Notes under the pieces: model-generated | What the model was told of the DNA's origin: nothing | The model's database searches: none | What the model saw: only the letters and a program-made list of their open reading frames with translations | Shown here: in pieces, positions 11,987 to 22,803 of the stretch | How the letters are laid out: each line of letters starts with the position of its first letter | Numbering within the stretch: the first letter of the stretch is position 1 | DNA from: Gemmatimonadales bacterium | GTDB taxonomy: Bacteria > Gemmatimonadota > Gemmatimonadetes > Gemmatimonadales > GWC2-71-9 | Length of the DNA: 64,000 nt | Assembly: GCA_038321865.1 (NCBI GenBank) | Contig: JBBQFH010000002.1 | Span: 64,001-128,000 of the forward strand | Direction of reading: 5' to 3' | Translations under genes and position numbers: made by a program

Positions 11987-12241
11987 TTGCTGGGCGAGGC
12001 GGCATCCGCCGGCGTCGGCCCCAATCTCCCCGACTACCTGACCCAGCAGGAGGCCGCGGCCCTTCTCCGCGTTTGTCCCCGCTTCCTTCGCGGCTCCTCC
12101 TGCCCCAAGCAGCTGCTGCCGTCTGGCGGCCCCCGTGGTCGGCCGCTCGTGCGCTATCTTCGCTCGGAGGTGCTGGCGTGGGCCAGTGCCCGGGCGCTCC
12201 GTCCCCTGCCCCACGTCGCGTCACACCGAAAGGCATCGTGA
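11987..12241 (+). CDS. Excisionase/RDF-like winged HTH protein (start uncertain; frame open from 11660)
   Basis: YLTQQEAAALLRVCPRFL...RPLVRYLRSEVLAW is a Xis/HTH_17-like pattern, directly upstream of the integrase. Confidence 0.7.
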   Translation: MLGEAASAGVGPNLPDYLTQQEAAALLRVCPRFLRGSSCPKQLLPSGGPRGRPLVRYLRSEVLAWASARALRPLPHVASHRKAS

Positions 12242-12349
12242 TGGTCTTTCGCCGGCGTCCCCGCCCCCAAATGGTATCTCTACCTCCCGACCCGGACCGG
12301 CTGGGTCCAACGCTCGAGCGGGACCACGGACAAGGCGACCGCACGGGCG

Positions 12350-13495
12350 ATGGCGCAGATGCTCGCCGCCCTGGGGCCGCGGGGCACGCCCGACTGGGAA
12401 CTGCTCGATGCCGTGCTGGCGGACACGGTCACGATCGGCACGCTCTACGATGCCTGGCAGCACGATGATCTCGCGGGCCTGCGCGCCCGGCTCACCGATA
12501 TTGACGTCACCGGCCATATCGACGGCTGGCAGAGGTGGCTCGGGGATCGCGTGGCGCCGGACACCGCCCAGCATTACCTGGTGTACCTGACGACGCTCAT
12601 GCCGTCGGGTGAGCCGTTCTGGCGGTCCGCCCTCAGCGCGCCGACCGTCGCCCGCTGGCTCGCCGCGCGGGCCGGCGTGTCCGCCGGGACGAAGCGGAAG
12701 TACCTAGCAGCCGTGCAATCGTTCGCCAAGTATCTGCTTGAGGTCGGCGTGCTGGCCGAGCACCCGCTCCGCGACGTGTCGCCGCCGCCCGCGGCGGATC
12801 CCCGCTGCCACTTCCTCGAGCTGCCCGATGTCCGCCGCGTGGTGGAGGGGGCGCCGCAGCCGTTCCGGGCGATGTACGCGCTCGCCTATGGCGCTGGGCT
12901 CGAGGTGAGTGCCATTCTCGGGCTGGTGGACGCCGATGTGGATCCCGTCGCGCGCCAGGTCCGCGCCCGCGGCACGAAGGCGTGGACGCGCGACCGGCTC
13001 GCGCGGGTGGCGGATTGGGCGTGGCCGCACGTGGCGGAGCACCTCGCGGCCGTGCTGCCGGGCAGCCGGGTCTTCCTCGGGATGGATCGCTGGATCGTCG
13101 GTGAGGCGCACCGGACCCGTGTGCGAGCACTGGGGCTCGACGGCTACCGCCTGCACGACGCACGACACCACTGGGCCGTCCGGATGGCGCGGGCTGGCGC
13201 GCCGCTCGAGCTGATCGCGCGCCAGCTGGGGCACCGGGACACCGCGATGTGCTCGAAAGTCTATGCCCGCTTCACGCCGAACACGGTGGAACGCGACCGC
13301 TGGGAGGGTGTGGCGGCGAGCTCGGATGAGGCAAAATGGGGACGCCTTGTTGCCACCAGTGTTGCCACCGAGATGGATAACCGTGTGGAGTCACGCGAGG
13401 ATAGCGCGGGAACAGCTGACGATGCAGCGAGTTATGTCAATAGCAGGGGCGGGACTCGAACCCGCGACCCCGGCATTATGAGTGCCGTGCTCTAA
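12350..13495 (+). CDS. Tyrosine recombinase/integrase (probable true start 12241 via a +1 frameshift)
   Basis: SAM-like domain (SAGTKRKYLAAVQSFAKYL), GTK, HDARH, LGHRD and KVYARF catalytic motifs. The ORF crosses the att core and stops inside the tRNA. Confidence 0.92.
   Translation: MAQMLAALGPRGTPDWELLDAVLADTVTIGTLYDAWQHDDLAGLRARLTDIDVTGHIDGWQRWLGDRVAPDTAQHYLVYLTTLMPSGEPFWRSALSAPTVARWLAARAGVSAGTKRKYLAAVQSFAKYLLEVGVLAEHPLRDVSPPPAADPRCHFLELPDVRRVVEGAPQPFRAMYALAYGAGLEVSAILGLVDADVDPVARQVRARGTKAWTRDRLARVADWAWPHVAEHLAAVLPGSRVFLGMDRWIVGEAHRTRVRALGLDGYRLHDARHHWAVRMARAGAPLELIARQLGHRDTAMCSKVYARFTPNTVERDRWEGVAASSDEAKWGRLVATSVATEMDNRVESREDSAGTADDAASYVNSRGGTRTRDPGIMSAVL
13348..13369 (+). repeat. Putative integrase arm-type sites (right arm, inside int)
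   Basis: TGTTGCCACC twice with a 12-bp period, ending 70 bp before the att core. Confidence 0.7.
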
Positions 13496-13514
13496 CCAGC
13501 TGAGCTACCCTGCC
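13441..13514 (-). tRNA. tRNA-Met(CAT), probably elongator; CCA not encoded
   Basis: GGCAGGGTAGCTCAGCTGGTTAGAGCACGGCACTCATAATGCCGGGGTCGCGGGTTCGAGTCCCGCCCCTGCTA folds as a cloverleaf; lacks the initiator GGG/CCC anticodon stem. Confidence 0.95.
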
Positions 13515-13526
13515 GAAGGAGGGGCA

Positions 13527-13552
13527 ATCCTAGCCCGTGCGGCGGCGGTGCG

Positions 13553-13556
<4 letters not shown>
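13527..13556 (-). promoter_or_regulatory. Putative sigma70 promoter of tRNA-Met
   Basis: TTGACG-N18-TAGGAT, 12 nt upstream of the tRNA. Confidence 0.55.
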
Positions 13557-15135
<1,579 letters not shown>

Positions 15136-15160
15136 TCACATGAGTACGGCGGACGCGGGC

Positions 15161-15189
15161 AACCTAGCGGTCGCCAGCGGAGGCGTCAA
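15161..15189 (-). promoter_or_regulatory. Putative sigma70 promoter of eno-ftsB
   Basis: TTGACG-N17-TAGGTT upstream of eno. Confidence 0.5.
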
Positions 15190-15204
15190 CGTGGGCTGTG
15201 ATGC

Positions 15205-16170
15205 CTACGCAAAGTGATCAAAGCCGGCCGCGCGCACCGGATGGCCATCGAGCGACATCACCACCGTGCCGCCGTCGGTCACGCGACCGATTCGGGTCAG
15301 CGGGAGCATGCAGTCGCCGCGAAACGTCGTGGCCTCCGCCACGCTGAACTCGGGCGGCAGCACGACGAGCAGCTCATAGTCCTCGCCCCCTCGCGCGGCG
15401 AAAACGGCAGCCTCCTCGCCGGCCCGAACGGCGGCCGCGCCGACGGACTGGGCGAGCGGCAGTGTGCCCAGGTCCAGCTCGAGTCCGACCGCCGACGCCG
15501 CGGCGAGATGGCCGGCGTCCGATGCCAGGCCATCGCTCAGGTCCAGCATCGCCCGCGCCCCGTGAGCCGCAAGCCAGCGACCTGCGCGCAACCGCGGCAC
15601 CGGGTGCGCGAAGGCGTCGCGGGCAACGCTGTCCGGCTCGCCACCCGCGGTCCACGCCTCGAGCGCCGCGCGCGCGGCGCCGAGGGAACCGGTGACCCAC
15701 ACACCATCTCCGGGAACCGCGCCGGTTCGCGCGACAGGTGCCACGGCTCGGCCCAGCGCCGTGACGGCGATTGTCCAGTCCGTGCCGACCGACAGATCCC
15801 CACCGAGCACCTGGCCGCCGGCGGCGGTGGCGGCCAGGCCGACGCCACGCATAAGGGCGGACACATCCGACTCGGGCGCCGCGCGTGGCGCGGCAACGGC
15901 GGCCAGGACTCCCAGGCAATCCGCACCCTGTGCGGCAAGGTCGGACAGCGCCGCCGCGGCTGCCCGCCACCCGCTCTCCTCCATGGTCAGCCAGTGCCGG
16001 CGGAAATGCACGCCCTCGACGGAGAGGTCGGTACTGACGACGAGCGATCCGGCGAACGGAGGAACCACGGCACAATCATCCCCCAGCGACGCCGCGGACG
16101 GTCCCAGTACCTGTGCGATAGCGCGAATTCGATCGAACTCGACACCCGGGCCGAGCGGCGTATGGCTCAC
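15205..16170 (-). CDS. thiL: Thiamine-monophosphate kinase
   Basis: GDDCA, STDLSVEGVHF, SDLAAQG, GGDLS, DLSDGL, GGEDYELL. Confidence 0.93.
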   Translation of the reverse strand: MSHTPLGPGVEFDRIRAIAQVLGPSAASLGDDCAVVPPFAGSLVVSTDLSVEGVHFRRHWLTMEESGWRAAAAALSDLAAQGADCLGVLAAVAAPRAAPESDVSALMRGVGLAATAAGGQVLGGDLSVGTDWTIAVTALGRAVAPVARTGAVPGDGVWVTGSLGAARAALEAWTAGGEPDSVARDAFAHPVPRLRAGRWLAAHGARAMLDLSDGLASDAGHLAAASAVGLELDLGTLPLAQSVGAAAVRAGEEAAVFAARGGEDYELLVVLPPEFSVAEATTFRGDCMLPLTRIGRVTDGGTVVMSLDGHPVRAAGFDHFA

Positions 16171-17747
16171 GGCCGGATGGCGTCGAGCCGAAAACGGACC
16201 AGACCGGCGGAGGTAGCGACCCAGAGATAGTCGGGGTCGATGGCAAGATCACGGATGTCGCCGGGGATGTCCCCGGCAAGGAACGATCGAAGCGGAGGGG
16301 AGTTGAGCCGCGCATACCCGAGCCCGCGATCGCCGGCGATCCAGAAACCATTCCCGTCGGCCCGGAGGGCGCGGAGGGTGCCGAGCTGACCGGACAGCGA
16401 TGGACCGAGCGACCAGCCGCCGTGCGGAGCCCGCCAGAGCAGCTGATCGGGCGTCAGCGCGACGAGGGTATCGGCAAGCCACGCGAGGCCGACGACAGGG
16501 ACCTGCAGGCTCGCGGTATTGAGCGCAGCGGGTCGGACGAGCTCCGCCGAATCACCGACCGCAAACAGGAGCCCCGACTGCGTACCGGCCCAGACCGTGT
16601 CCGCCGACATTCCGACCGCGAACGCCACGCCGTCGAACGACCGGGCCACCCGATGGATCCGCAGCGAGTCATCGATGCGGACGATGCCGCGGGCGGTGCC
16701 CGCGGTGACCTGGCCGTAGCGTGACACCAGCGAGAACACGCGCCCATCGGGAAGACCGGCCGCCTGGTCGAACAGGCGTACCCGCCCGCTCCCCGGCTCG
16801 ATTCGCGCGACGCCGTAGTCGGTGGCCGCCCACAGCGCCGCTCCCTGGCCCACCAGACGGCGCGACTGGGTAAACGGCAGCCCAGTCGCGCCCGGCCCCT
16901 GTATGGTGGTGAATTCGCTCAGGTCCGACGCCACGAACGTCAGGCCGACGTCGGAATTCTGACTGCGGTCGGTCGCCGCCCACACACCGCCGGGCGCGGC
17001 GAAGAGGGCTCCCACGACGTCACCAGGGAGGCCGAAGGCGAGCCGCTGGGGCAGCGCGGTGCCATCGGGCAGGTAAAGCAAGCCACGTCCCCAGGTGCCG
17101 ATGAACCATCCCCGCCGATCGAAGGCCCGTGCCGCCGCGGTGTACTGAGCGTTCCGCAGGCGTGCGTCGAGCAGAATCTGCGCGCTGTTGGCCTGCAGCG
17201 TCGGGTTGGCGCGCAGCAGCTCGGTCACCGGCGTCGGCCCGACGGGCTGCGCGGGCGGAAGCGAGGGCTGCGAGGCGAAGCCACCCCGCGGCACGTTCTG
17301 CCATCCGGCGGCCGTACGGATGAAGAGCCCACGCATTGGGGCGGTTTGATCGATCGCGATCTCCAGCACCTGGCCCGCAGCAGTGCCGCGCGTCCACGAG
17401 TCGAGATCAGGCTGATAGTGCACCCAGCCGTCGGGCCGGCCGAGCCAAAGCGAGTTGTCCAGCGGATCGATCAGGGCCCCGAATACCCGGAGAAGCACGC
17501 CCGGCTCAGGTGGCTGGAACGGTCCCTCCCACCGCTGGAACTGGGGGCGCCAGATCAGCAGCGCGGACTGAGAGGTGACGAAGACGCGGTCGGATGCGGC
17601 GGCCACCGACGTGACGTGCGAAAAATCGCCGACCACGGTCCGGTCGGCGATCTGCCAATCGCGGCTCGGCCGCACCGGCGTGACCTGCGCACGTGCGGGT
17701 GCCGCGATGCAGATGGCAAGGCCGAGACCGGCAAGTCGAAGCGTCAT
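16167..17747 (-). CDS. Secreted beta-propeller-like protein
   Basis: Signal peptide (MTLRLAGLG...ARAQ) and repeated lW.aT..Gl blade-like motifs. Confidence 0.7.
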   Translation of the reverse strand: MTLRLAGLGLAICIAAPARAQVTPVRPSRDWQIADRTVVGDFSHVTSVAAASDRVFVTSQSALLIWRPQFQRWEGPFQPPEPGVLLRVFGALIDPLDNSLWLGRPDGWVHYQPDLDSWTRGTAAGQVLEIAIDQTAPMRGLFIRTAAGWQNVPRGGFASQPSLPPAQPVGPTPVTELLRANPTLQANSAQILLDARLRNAQYTAAARAFDRRGWFIGTWGRGLLYLPDGTALPQRLAFGLPGDVVGALFAAPGGVWAATDRSQNSDVGLTFVASDLSEFTTIQGPGATGLPFTQSRRLVGQGAALWAATDYGVARIEPGSGRVRLFDQAAGLPDGRVFSLVSRYGQVTAGTARGIVRIDDSLRIHRVARSFDGVAFAVGMSADTVWAGTQSGLLFAVGDSAELVRPAALNTASLQVPVVGLAWLADTLVALTPDQLLWRAPHGGWSLGPSLSGQLGTLRALRADGNGFWIAGDRGLGYARLNSPPLRSFLAGDIPGDIRDLAIDPDYLWVATSAGLVRFRLDAIRP

Positions 17748-17871
17748 GGGGTGAAATCTATCAGCAGCGGCAGCCCGCAGCCGCGGAGGAGCTAACTTGC
17801 ACGGTGTTTCCTGCAACCATCCATCACTCGCGCAATGGCTTACGGGGCGCCCTTCATGTTGCGTCTCAGCC

Positions 17872-19425
17872 TCAGGTGGTCTGCGGCGCGGCCAGAGTGA
17901 GCAGAATTGGCGGTCGCTCGTCGAGGATGAGGCGCGAGGTCAGCGCCCACTCGCGCCAGACGTCCGGCAGCGCAGCGATCACGTCCATCGGACGCATCGC
18001 GCGTGCGGTGTGCCGCCGCGCAGCGATGTCCGCCGCGTGACCGAGGGCCTGGGCCCCCACCGCGCCAGCAGCCGATGCATCGAGCCCCTGCGCCACGAAA
18101 GTCCCGATCAGGCCACTCAGCAAATCACCGCTACCGCCGGTGGCGAGCCCGGGATTGCCCGCGGCCACCGACACGACTGCACCGCCCGGGTTCGCGATGA
18201 CGGTCGGTAATCCCTTTCGAAGGACCGCGCATCCTGCTGCGTGGGCAGCGGCCGCGGCCGCGCCCCACGGGTCCACCTCGGCAGTTCCGCCCAGCGCGGG
18301 GAACAGGCTCCGGAACTCGCCTGGGTGTGGAGTGAGAATCATCAACCGTGCACTGGCCAGCCCGCGGAGGACCTCGACCCGGCCATTGAACGCGTGGAGG
18401 CCGTCGGCATCGAGCACCAGCGCGCGGGCCCGGGACACGATCTCCGCTGCAAACGCCGCGCGCGCCTCGCCGCGGCCGAGCCCCGGGCCCAGGATGACGC
18501 AGTCGGCCCGATCGATCAGATCCCGCAGTGCCGCGGACAGCAGTCCCTCGAACGGATGCAGAAACGTCTGGACATCCGGCTCAGCCTCGGCCACGACTGC
18601 AATCGTCTCGGCTGGCGCGACGACGTGCACCAGCCCCGCGCCGGCGGCGAATGCCGCTCTGGCCGCCATGCGGGCGGCTCCCGCCATTCCCGGCGCGCCG
18701 CCGACGATGACGATCCGGCCGCGGTCGCCCTTGTGGAAGTTGGCGCGGAACCGGGGAAGCAACGCTGCCGCGGCGGCGTCGGTGACCAGCACCGGCCACG
18801 AATCGGATGGCGCTGAATGGCCGATGTCCACCACGATGATGTCGCCGGCCTCGTCGCGACCCAGCAGGTGTCCTCGACGCACGCCGCCGAACGTGATCGA
18901 GAGCGCGGCCTGCGCGGAGCCATGCACCACACCGGTGTCCAGGTCGAGACCGGTCGGGCCGTCGACGGCCACGATCGGAACGCTGAGGTCCGCCAGCCGC
19001 TCCACGAGCGCTGCGACGGCGGGCCGCGGCGCGCCGCGGGCGCCGGTGCCGAGCAACGCGTCGACCGCGATGCCGACGGCAGGCCACGGACCGTCTGGCG
19101 GGACCTCGCGCACGCCGTCAGCCACGGCCAGCTGCGCGGCGGCGGCACACAGCAGGCTCCTCTCGCCGGGCCCGCACGCCACCCACACCGGAATCCCGGC
19201 CCGATGGAGTGCCCGGGCAGCGACCCAGCCGTCACCGCCGTTGCTCCCCGCCCCTGCCGCGACAAGGACCCCCCGGGCAGCCGCGGCCGGGTAGCGCCCG
19301 GCGAGGATCGACGCGACGGCGCGCCCCGCGGCGCTCATGAGCGCGACGCGGGAAATGCCGGCTTCGTCGGAGCGGCGATCCCACTCGTCCGACTGGCTGG
19401 GAGAGAGAACAGGGATGGTTGGCAT
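17872..19425 (-). CDS. nnr: Bifunctional NAD(P)H-hydrate epimerase/dehydratase
   Basis: GSNGGDG, DALLGTG, HKGDRG, LDADGL, TPHPGEF, LATGGSGDLLSG. Confidence 0.93.
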   Translation of the reverse strand: MPTIPVLSPSQSDEWDRRSDEAGISRVALMSAAGRAVASILAGRYPAAAARGVLVAAGAGSNGGDGWVAARALHRAGIPVWVACGPGERSLLCAAAAQLAVADGVREVPPDGPWPAVGIAVDALLGTGARGAPRPAVAALVERLADLSVPIVAVDGPTGLDLDTGVVHGSAQAALSITFGGVRRGHLLGRDEAGDIIVVDIGHSAPSDSWPVLVTDAAAAALLPRFRANFHKGDRGRIVIVGGAPGMAGAARMAARAAFAAGAGLVHVVAPAETIAVVAEAEPDVQTFLHPFEGLLSAALRDLIDRADCVILGPGLGRGEARAAFAAEIVSRARALVLDADGLHAFNGRVEVLRGLASARLMILTPHPGEFRSLFPALGGTAEVDPWGAAAAAAHAAGCAVLRKGLPTVIANPGGAVVSVAAGNPGLATGGSGDLLSGLIGTFVAQGLDASAAGAVGAQALGHAADIAARRHTARAMRPMDVIAALPDVWREWALTSRLILDERPPILLTLAAPQTT

Positions 19426-19494
19426 GGTCAGTCGACAGGCCGGAGGCGCTTCAGACGGAGCAGCCCCTGCGCGGCCGCCGACGCCGGGGACGAA

Positions 19495-19881
19495 TCACGA
19501 ACCGGAAGTATTCTGCCAGTCGTAGTCCGAGCCGAACGCGTCCGCGAAGTCGAACACCCCGGCGAAGTCGGCCTCGCGGTCGCCTGGCTGCGTGACCAGC
19601 AGGCCGACATCCACCAGCGTGAAGACGATGCGGCCGATGTCGTCGGTCCGGGTAATGCCCCAGTGACCCAGCACCGAGCCCGCCATCAGCCCGAACTGCA
19701 GCCTTGCGAAATCGCGGCATGCCCGCGCGAGCTCGGAGCCCGTGACGTGCCGGCGGACGTCGAGCTGCGACTGGAGATACTCGATCGCCGCGAGCACGAA
19801 CAGATACCCGCGCTCGTGGTACGCTCCGCCGCGTGCGCGGATCCGCGCCATGACATCGTCGGCGAACTGCAGCTCGTTCAT
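19495..19881 (-). CDS. Minf_1886-like conserved protein
   Basis: [34 protein letters not shown]. Confidence 0.75.
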   Translation of the reverse strand: MNELQFADDVMARIRARGGAYHERGYLFVLAAIEYLQSQLDVRRHVTGSELARACRDFARLQFGLMAGSVLGHWGITRTDDIGRIVFTLVDVGLLVTQPGDREADFAGVFDFADAFGSDYDWQNTSGS

Positions 19882-21155
19882 CGGCCGGCCACTCCACTGA
19901 CTGCGGCGGCCTGGTAGAGCGGAAACTCATCGCTCAGATCTTCGACCTCACCGCGGACGGCGGCCAGCGTGGCGTCATCCGGCTGCGTGAGCGCGCGGTC
20001 GATCAGGCCCGCGATCCGCTCCATCTCGGGCACGCCCATGCCGCGAGTCGTGAGGGCTGGCGTGCCGATCCGGATCCCGCTGGTGACGAATGGCGATTGG
20101 GGATCGTCCGGAATGGTGTTCTTGTTGACGGTGATCGCCGCGCGCCCGAGCAGCTGCTCGGCGGCCTTGCCGGTCAGGTTCTTGGGGCGGAGGTCCACCA
20201 GCATCAGGTGGGTGTCGGTGCCGCCGGAGACGATTGCAAAACCGCGCTCCGTGAGGGCATCGGCAAGCGCTTGCGCGTTGGCCACGACGGCCCGCGCATA
20301 CTGCCTGAAGTCGTCGGTAAGGACCTCGCCGAATGACACGGCCTTGGCCGCGATGACGTGCTCCAGCGGCCCACCCTGGGTACCGGGAAAGACCGAGCGG
20401 TCCACCGCCTTGGCGAGCTCCGCGCCGCACAAAATCAAGCCGCCTCGTGGACCGCGCAGCGTCTTGTGCGTGGTACTGGTGACGATCGCGGCGTGAGGCA
20501 CCGGAGACGGATGCACCCCGCCGGCCACGAGGCCGGCGAAGTGCGCCATGTCCACCAGAAGCTGTGCTCCCACCTCATCCGCGATCGACCGGAAGGCGCC
20601 GAAGTCGATGATGCGAGAATAGGCACTGCCGCCGGCCACGATCAGCCGCGGCCGCTCGCGCCGCGCCTGATCGCGCACCGCGTCGTAATCGATGCGGCCG
20701 TCGGCCGGGTTGACTCCGTAGTGGACTGCCCGCCAGATAACGCCGCTATGGTTCACCGACGCGCCGTGCGACAGGTGACCGCCGTGCGGCAGCGACATCC
20801 CCATCAGCAGCTCACCCGGCTTGATGAGGGCCATGAACGCCGCGAAGTTGGCCTGCGCGCCGGAATGCGGCTGCACGTTGGCGTGTTCGGACCCAAAGAT
20901 CTGTTTGAGCCGGTCGATCGCGAGCTGCTCGACCTGGTCCACAATCTCGCACCCGCCGTAATACCGCTTGCCCGGGTAACCCTCGGCGTACTTGTTGGTG
21001 AGCGGCGTGCCCATCGCGTCAATCACCGCGCGGCTGGCGAAATTCTCGCTCGCGATCATTTCCAGACCGCGCCGCTGGCGCTCCAGCTCGGCATCGACGA
21101 GGCCGGCGACGGCGGAATCGGCCACGCGGAGTGGCGCGTTGTGATCGAACGTCAT
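19878..21155 (-). CDS. glyA: Serine hydroxymethyltransferase
   Basis: [33 protein letters not shown]. Confidence 0.98.
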   Translation of the reverse strand: MTFDHNAPLRVADSAVAGLVDAELERQRRGLEMIASENFASRAVIDAMGTPLTNKYAEGYPGKRYYGGCEIVDQVEQLAIDRLKQIFGSEHANVQPHSGAQANFAAFMALIKPGELLMGMSLPHGGHLSHGASVNHSGVIWRAVHYGVNPADGRIDYDAVRDQARRERPRLIVAGGSAYSRIIDFGAFRSIADEVGAQLLVDMAHFAGLVAGGVHPSPVPHAAIVTSTTHKTLRGPRGGLILCGAELAKAVDRSVFPGTQGGPLEHVIAAKAVSFGEVLTDDFRQYARAVVANAQALADALTERGFAIVSGGTDTHLMLVDLRPKNLTGKAAEQLLGRAAITVNKNTIPDDPQSPFVTSGIRIGTPALTTRGMGVPEMERIAGLIDRALTQPDDATLAAVRGEVEDLSDEFPLYQAAAVSGVAGR

Positions 21156-21595
21156 GCCGGCACCGCATCGATCCGCGCGACCCGGGAGGCGTGGCGCCCG
21201 CCTTCGAATGGCGTCGCCAGCCAGGCGCGCAGGATGGCGCCGGCGGCGTCCTCGGACAGGAACCGGGCGGGCAGTATCAGGATGTTGGCATCGTTGTGCT
21301 GACGGGAGAGGCGGGCCACTTCCTCGTTCCAGACCACCGCGGCGCGAACGCCCGAATGTCGGTTGGCGGCATACGACATGCCGAGGCCGGTTCCACAGAT
21401 CAGAATGCCGCGGGCGACCTCCCCCGACTCCACTCGTGCCGCCACGGCGTGTGCATAGTCCGGATAGTCGGTCGAGGCGGTCGAGTCGGTGCCCAGGTCG
21501 AGCGGCTCGAGCCCGGCGGCCCGCAGCTCGCTGAGCAGCGACGCCTTGAGGGCATATCCGGCATGATCGGATGCGATGGGGATCACTTCAGGCAT
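21152..21595 (-). CDS. rpiB: Ribose-5-phosphate isomerase B
   Basis: ASDHAG, DYPD, ICGTGLG, HNDAN, FEGGRH. Confidence 0.95.
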   Translation of the reverse strand: MPEVIPIASDHAGYALKASLLSELRAAGLEPLDLGTDSTASTDYPDYAHAVAARVESGEVARGILICGTGLGMSYAANRHSGVRAAVVWNEEVARLSRQHNDANILILPARFLSEDAAGAILRAWLATPFEGGRHASRVARIDAVPA

Positions 21596-21627
21596 GATCC
21601 AATGTAGGGCAAACGCCCCAAAGCGAA

Positions 21628-21654
21628 CAAGACGCCGCAGGCTGCGGCGTCTTG
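21628..21654. terminator. Hairpin downstream of the amino-acid dehydrogenase gene
   Basis: CAAGACGCCGCAG-g-CTGCGGCGTCTTG inverted repeat. Confidence 0.55.
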
Positions 21655-21680
21655 CGCAAAGCTCTTGACAACGCGCCTGG

Positions 21681-22748
21681 TCAGCTCCTGCTGCCCATCC
21701 ACATCTTGTCCAGGCCGTTGACGGCGGCAATGCGTTGCTCGGCCAGCCGGTCGGCCGCCTGGAAGCTCGGGATGCCGTCGCGCCGGGCGATCTCGAAGAT
21801 TCGTGACAGCGTATCGTAGATCTCGCCGGCCTTTTTCTTGGACCGCTCCTCGGGCCAGCGGTGAAGCTCGCCGTACACGTTGATCACGCCGCCGCCGTTG
21901 ATGACGTAGTCCGGCGCGTAGGTCAGCCCCTGCTTCTCCAGGGCGTGGCCGTGCCGCTCTTCGGCCAGCTGGTTGTTGGCGCCGCCGGCGATGATCTCGA
22001 CCTTCAGCCGCTTCAGTGTGTCGTCGTTGATGGTGGCACCGAGCGCGCAGGGTGCGTAGATGTCCGCCTTCTGGTCGTAGATCGCGTCCGGGGTGACCGC
22101 CTTCGCCCCGAACTCCTCGACGACGCGTTTCACCTTCTCCGCGTCGATATCCGTCACGATCAGCTTGGCGCCTTCGCTGTGAAGGTGGCGCGACAGGTAG
22201 TAGGCGACCTTGCCGCATCCCTGCACTGCCACCGTCTTCCCGGCGAGGCTGTCGTTGTGCCACCGGGCGTTCGCGGTGGCCTTCATCCCCATGTAGACGC
22301 CGTAGGCCGTGATCGGCGACGGATCGCCGGAGAGCCCCATCAGGCCGGCCACGTGATTCGTCTCCAGCCGGATGAATTCCATGTCGGCGGGACTCGTGCC
22401 CACGTCCTCCGCGCTGATGTAGCGGCCATTAAGCGTTTCAATGAACCGGCCGTGGGCCCGGAACAGCGCCTCGCGGTCGGTGCGCTTGTTGTCGCCGATG
22501 ATGACCGACTTGCCGCCGCCCAGATTCAGGCCCGCCACGGCCGCCTTGTAGGTCATGCCGCGCGCGAGCCTCAGCGCATCGGTGATCGCCTCGTCCGTGC
22601 TGGCGTACTGCCAGAATCGTGTGCCACCGAGCGCGGGACCAAGAGTGGTGTCATGAATGGCGATGATGCCGACGTACCCGCAGGAGGGGTCATGTCCCAG
22701 TACGAGCTGTTCGTGTCCCAGCGACTGCATGACCGCAAAGGTGTCCAT
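21681..22748 (-). CDS. Glu/Leu/Phe/Val (leucine-type) dehydrogenase
   Basis: [44 protein letters not shown]. Confidence 0.93.
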   Translation of the reverse strand: MDTFAVMQSLGHEQLVLGHDPSCGYVGIIAIHDTTLGPALGGTRFWQYASTDEAITDALRLARGMTYKAAVAGLNLGGGKSVIIGDNKRTDREALFRAHGRFIETLNGRYISAEDVGTSPADMEFIRLETNHVAGLMGLSGDPSPITAYGVYMGMKATANARWHNDSLAGKTVAVQGCGKVAYYLSRHLHSEGAKLIVTDIDAEKVKRVVEEFGAKAVTPDAIYDQKADIYAPCALGATINDDTLKRLKVEIIAGGANNQLAEERHGHALEKQGLTYAPDYVINGGGVINVYGELHRWPEERSKKKAGEIYDTLSRIFEIARRDGIPSFQAADRLAEQRIAAVNGLDKMWMGSRS

Positions 22749-22803
22749 CGAAGCGCGACTCCGGTTGAGGCGGAACGTCAGTTGGGGCGGCCGTGCGCGA
22801 CGG

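Larger units (their letters stand above)
10163..13485. mobile_element. Small integrative element (tyrosine integrase + Xis-like + cargo) inserted in tRNA-Met
   Basis: 46-bp perfect direct repeat at both ends (tRNA 3' half), integrase, excisionase-like HTH and arm-type repeats near both ends. Confidence 0.92.

Noticed and set aside
12239..12300. Selenocysteine recoding of the TGA between xis and int, given that selA is present
   Set aside because: No convincing SECIS hairpin or redox-motif context; the coupled ATG with RBS at 12241 is a simpler explanation.
13441..13514. tRNA(CAT) as tRNA-Ile2 linked to nearby tilS
   Set aside because: The sequence resembles elongator tRNA-Met more than Ile2 by eye, and tilS is 7 kb away in its usual hpt-ftsH context. 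An isotype-specific model would settle it.
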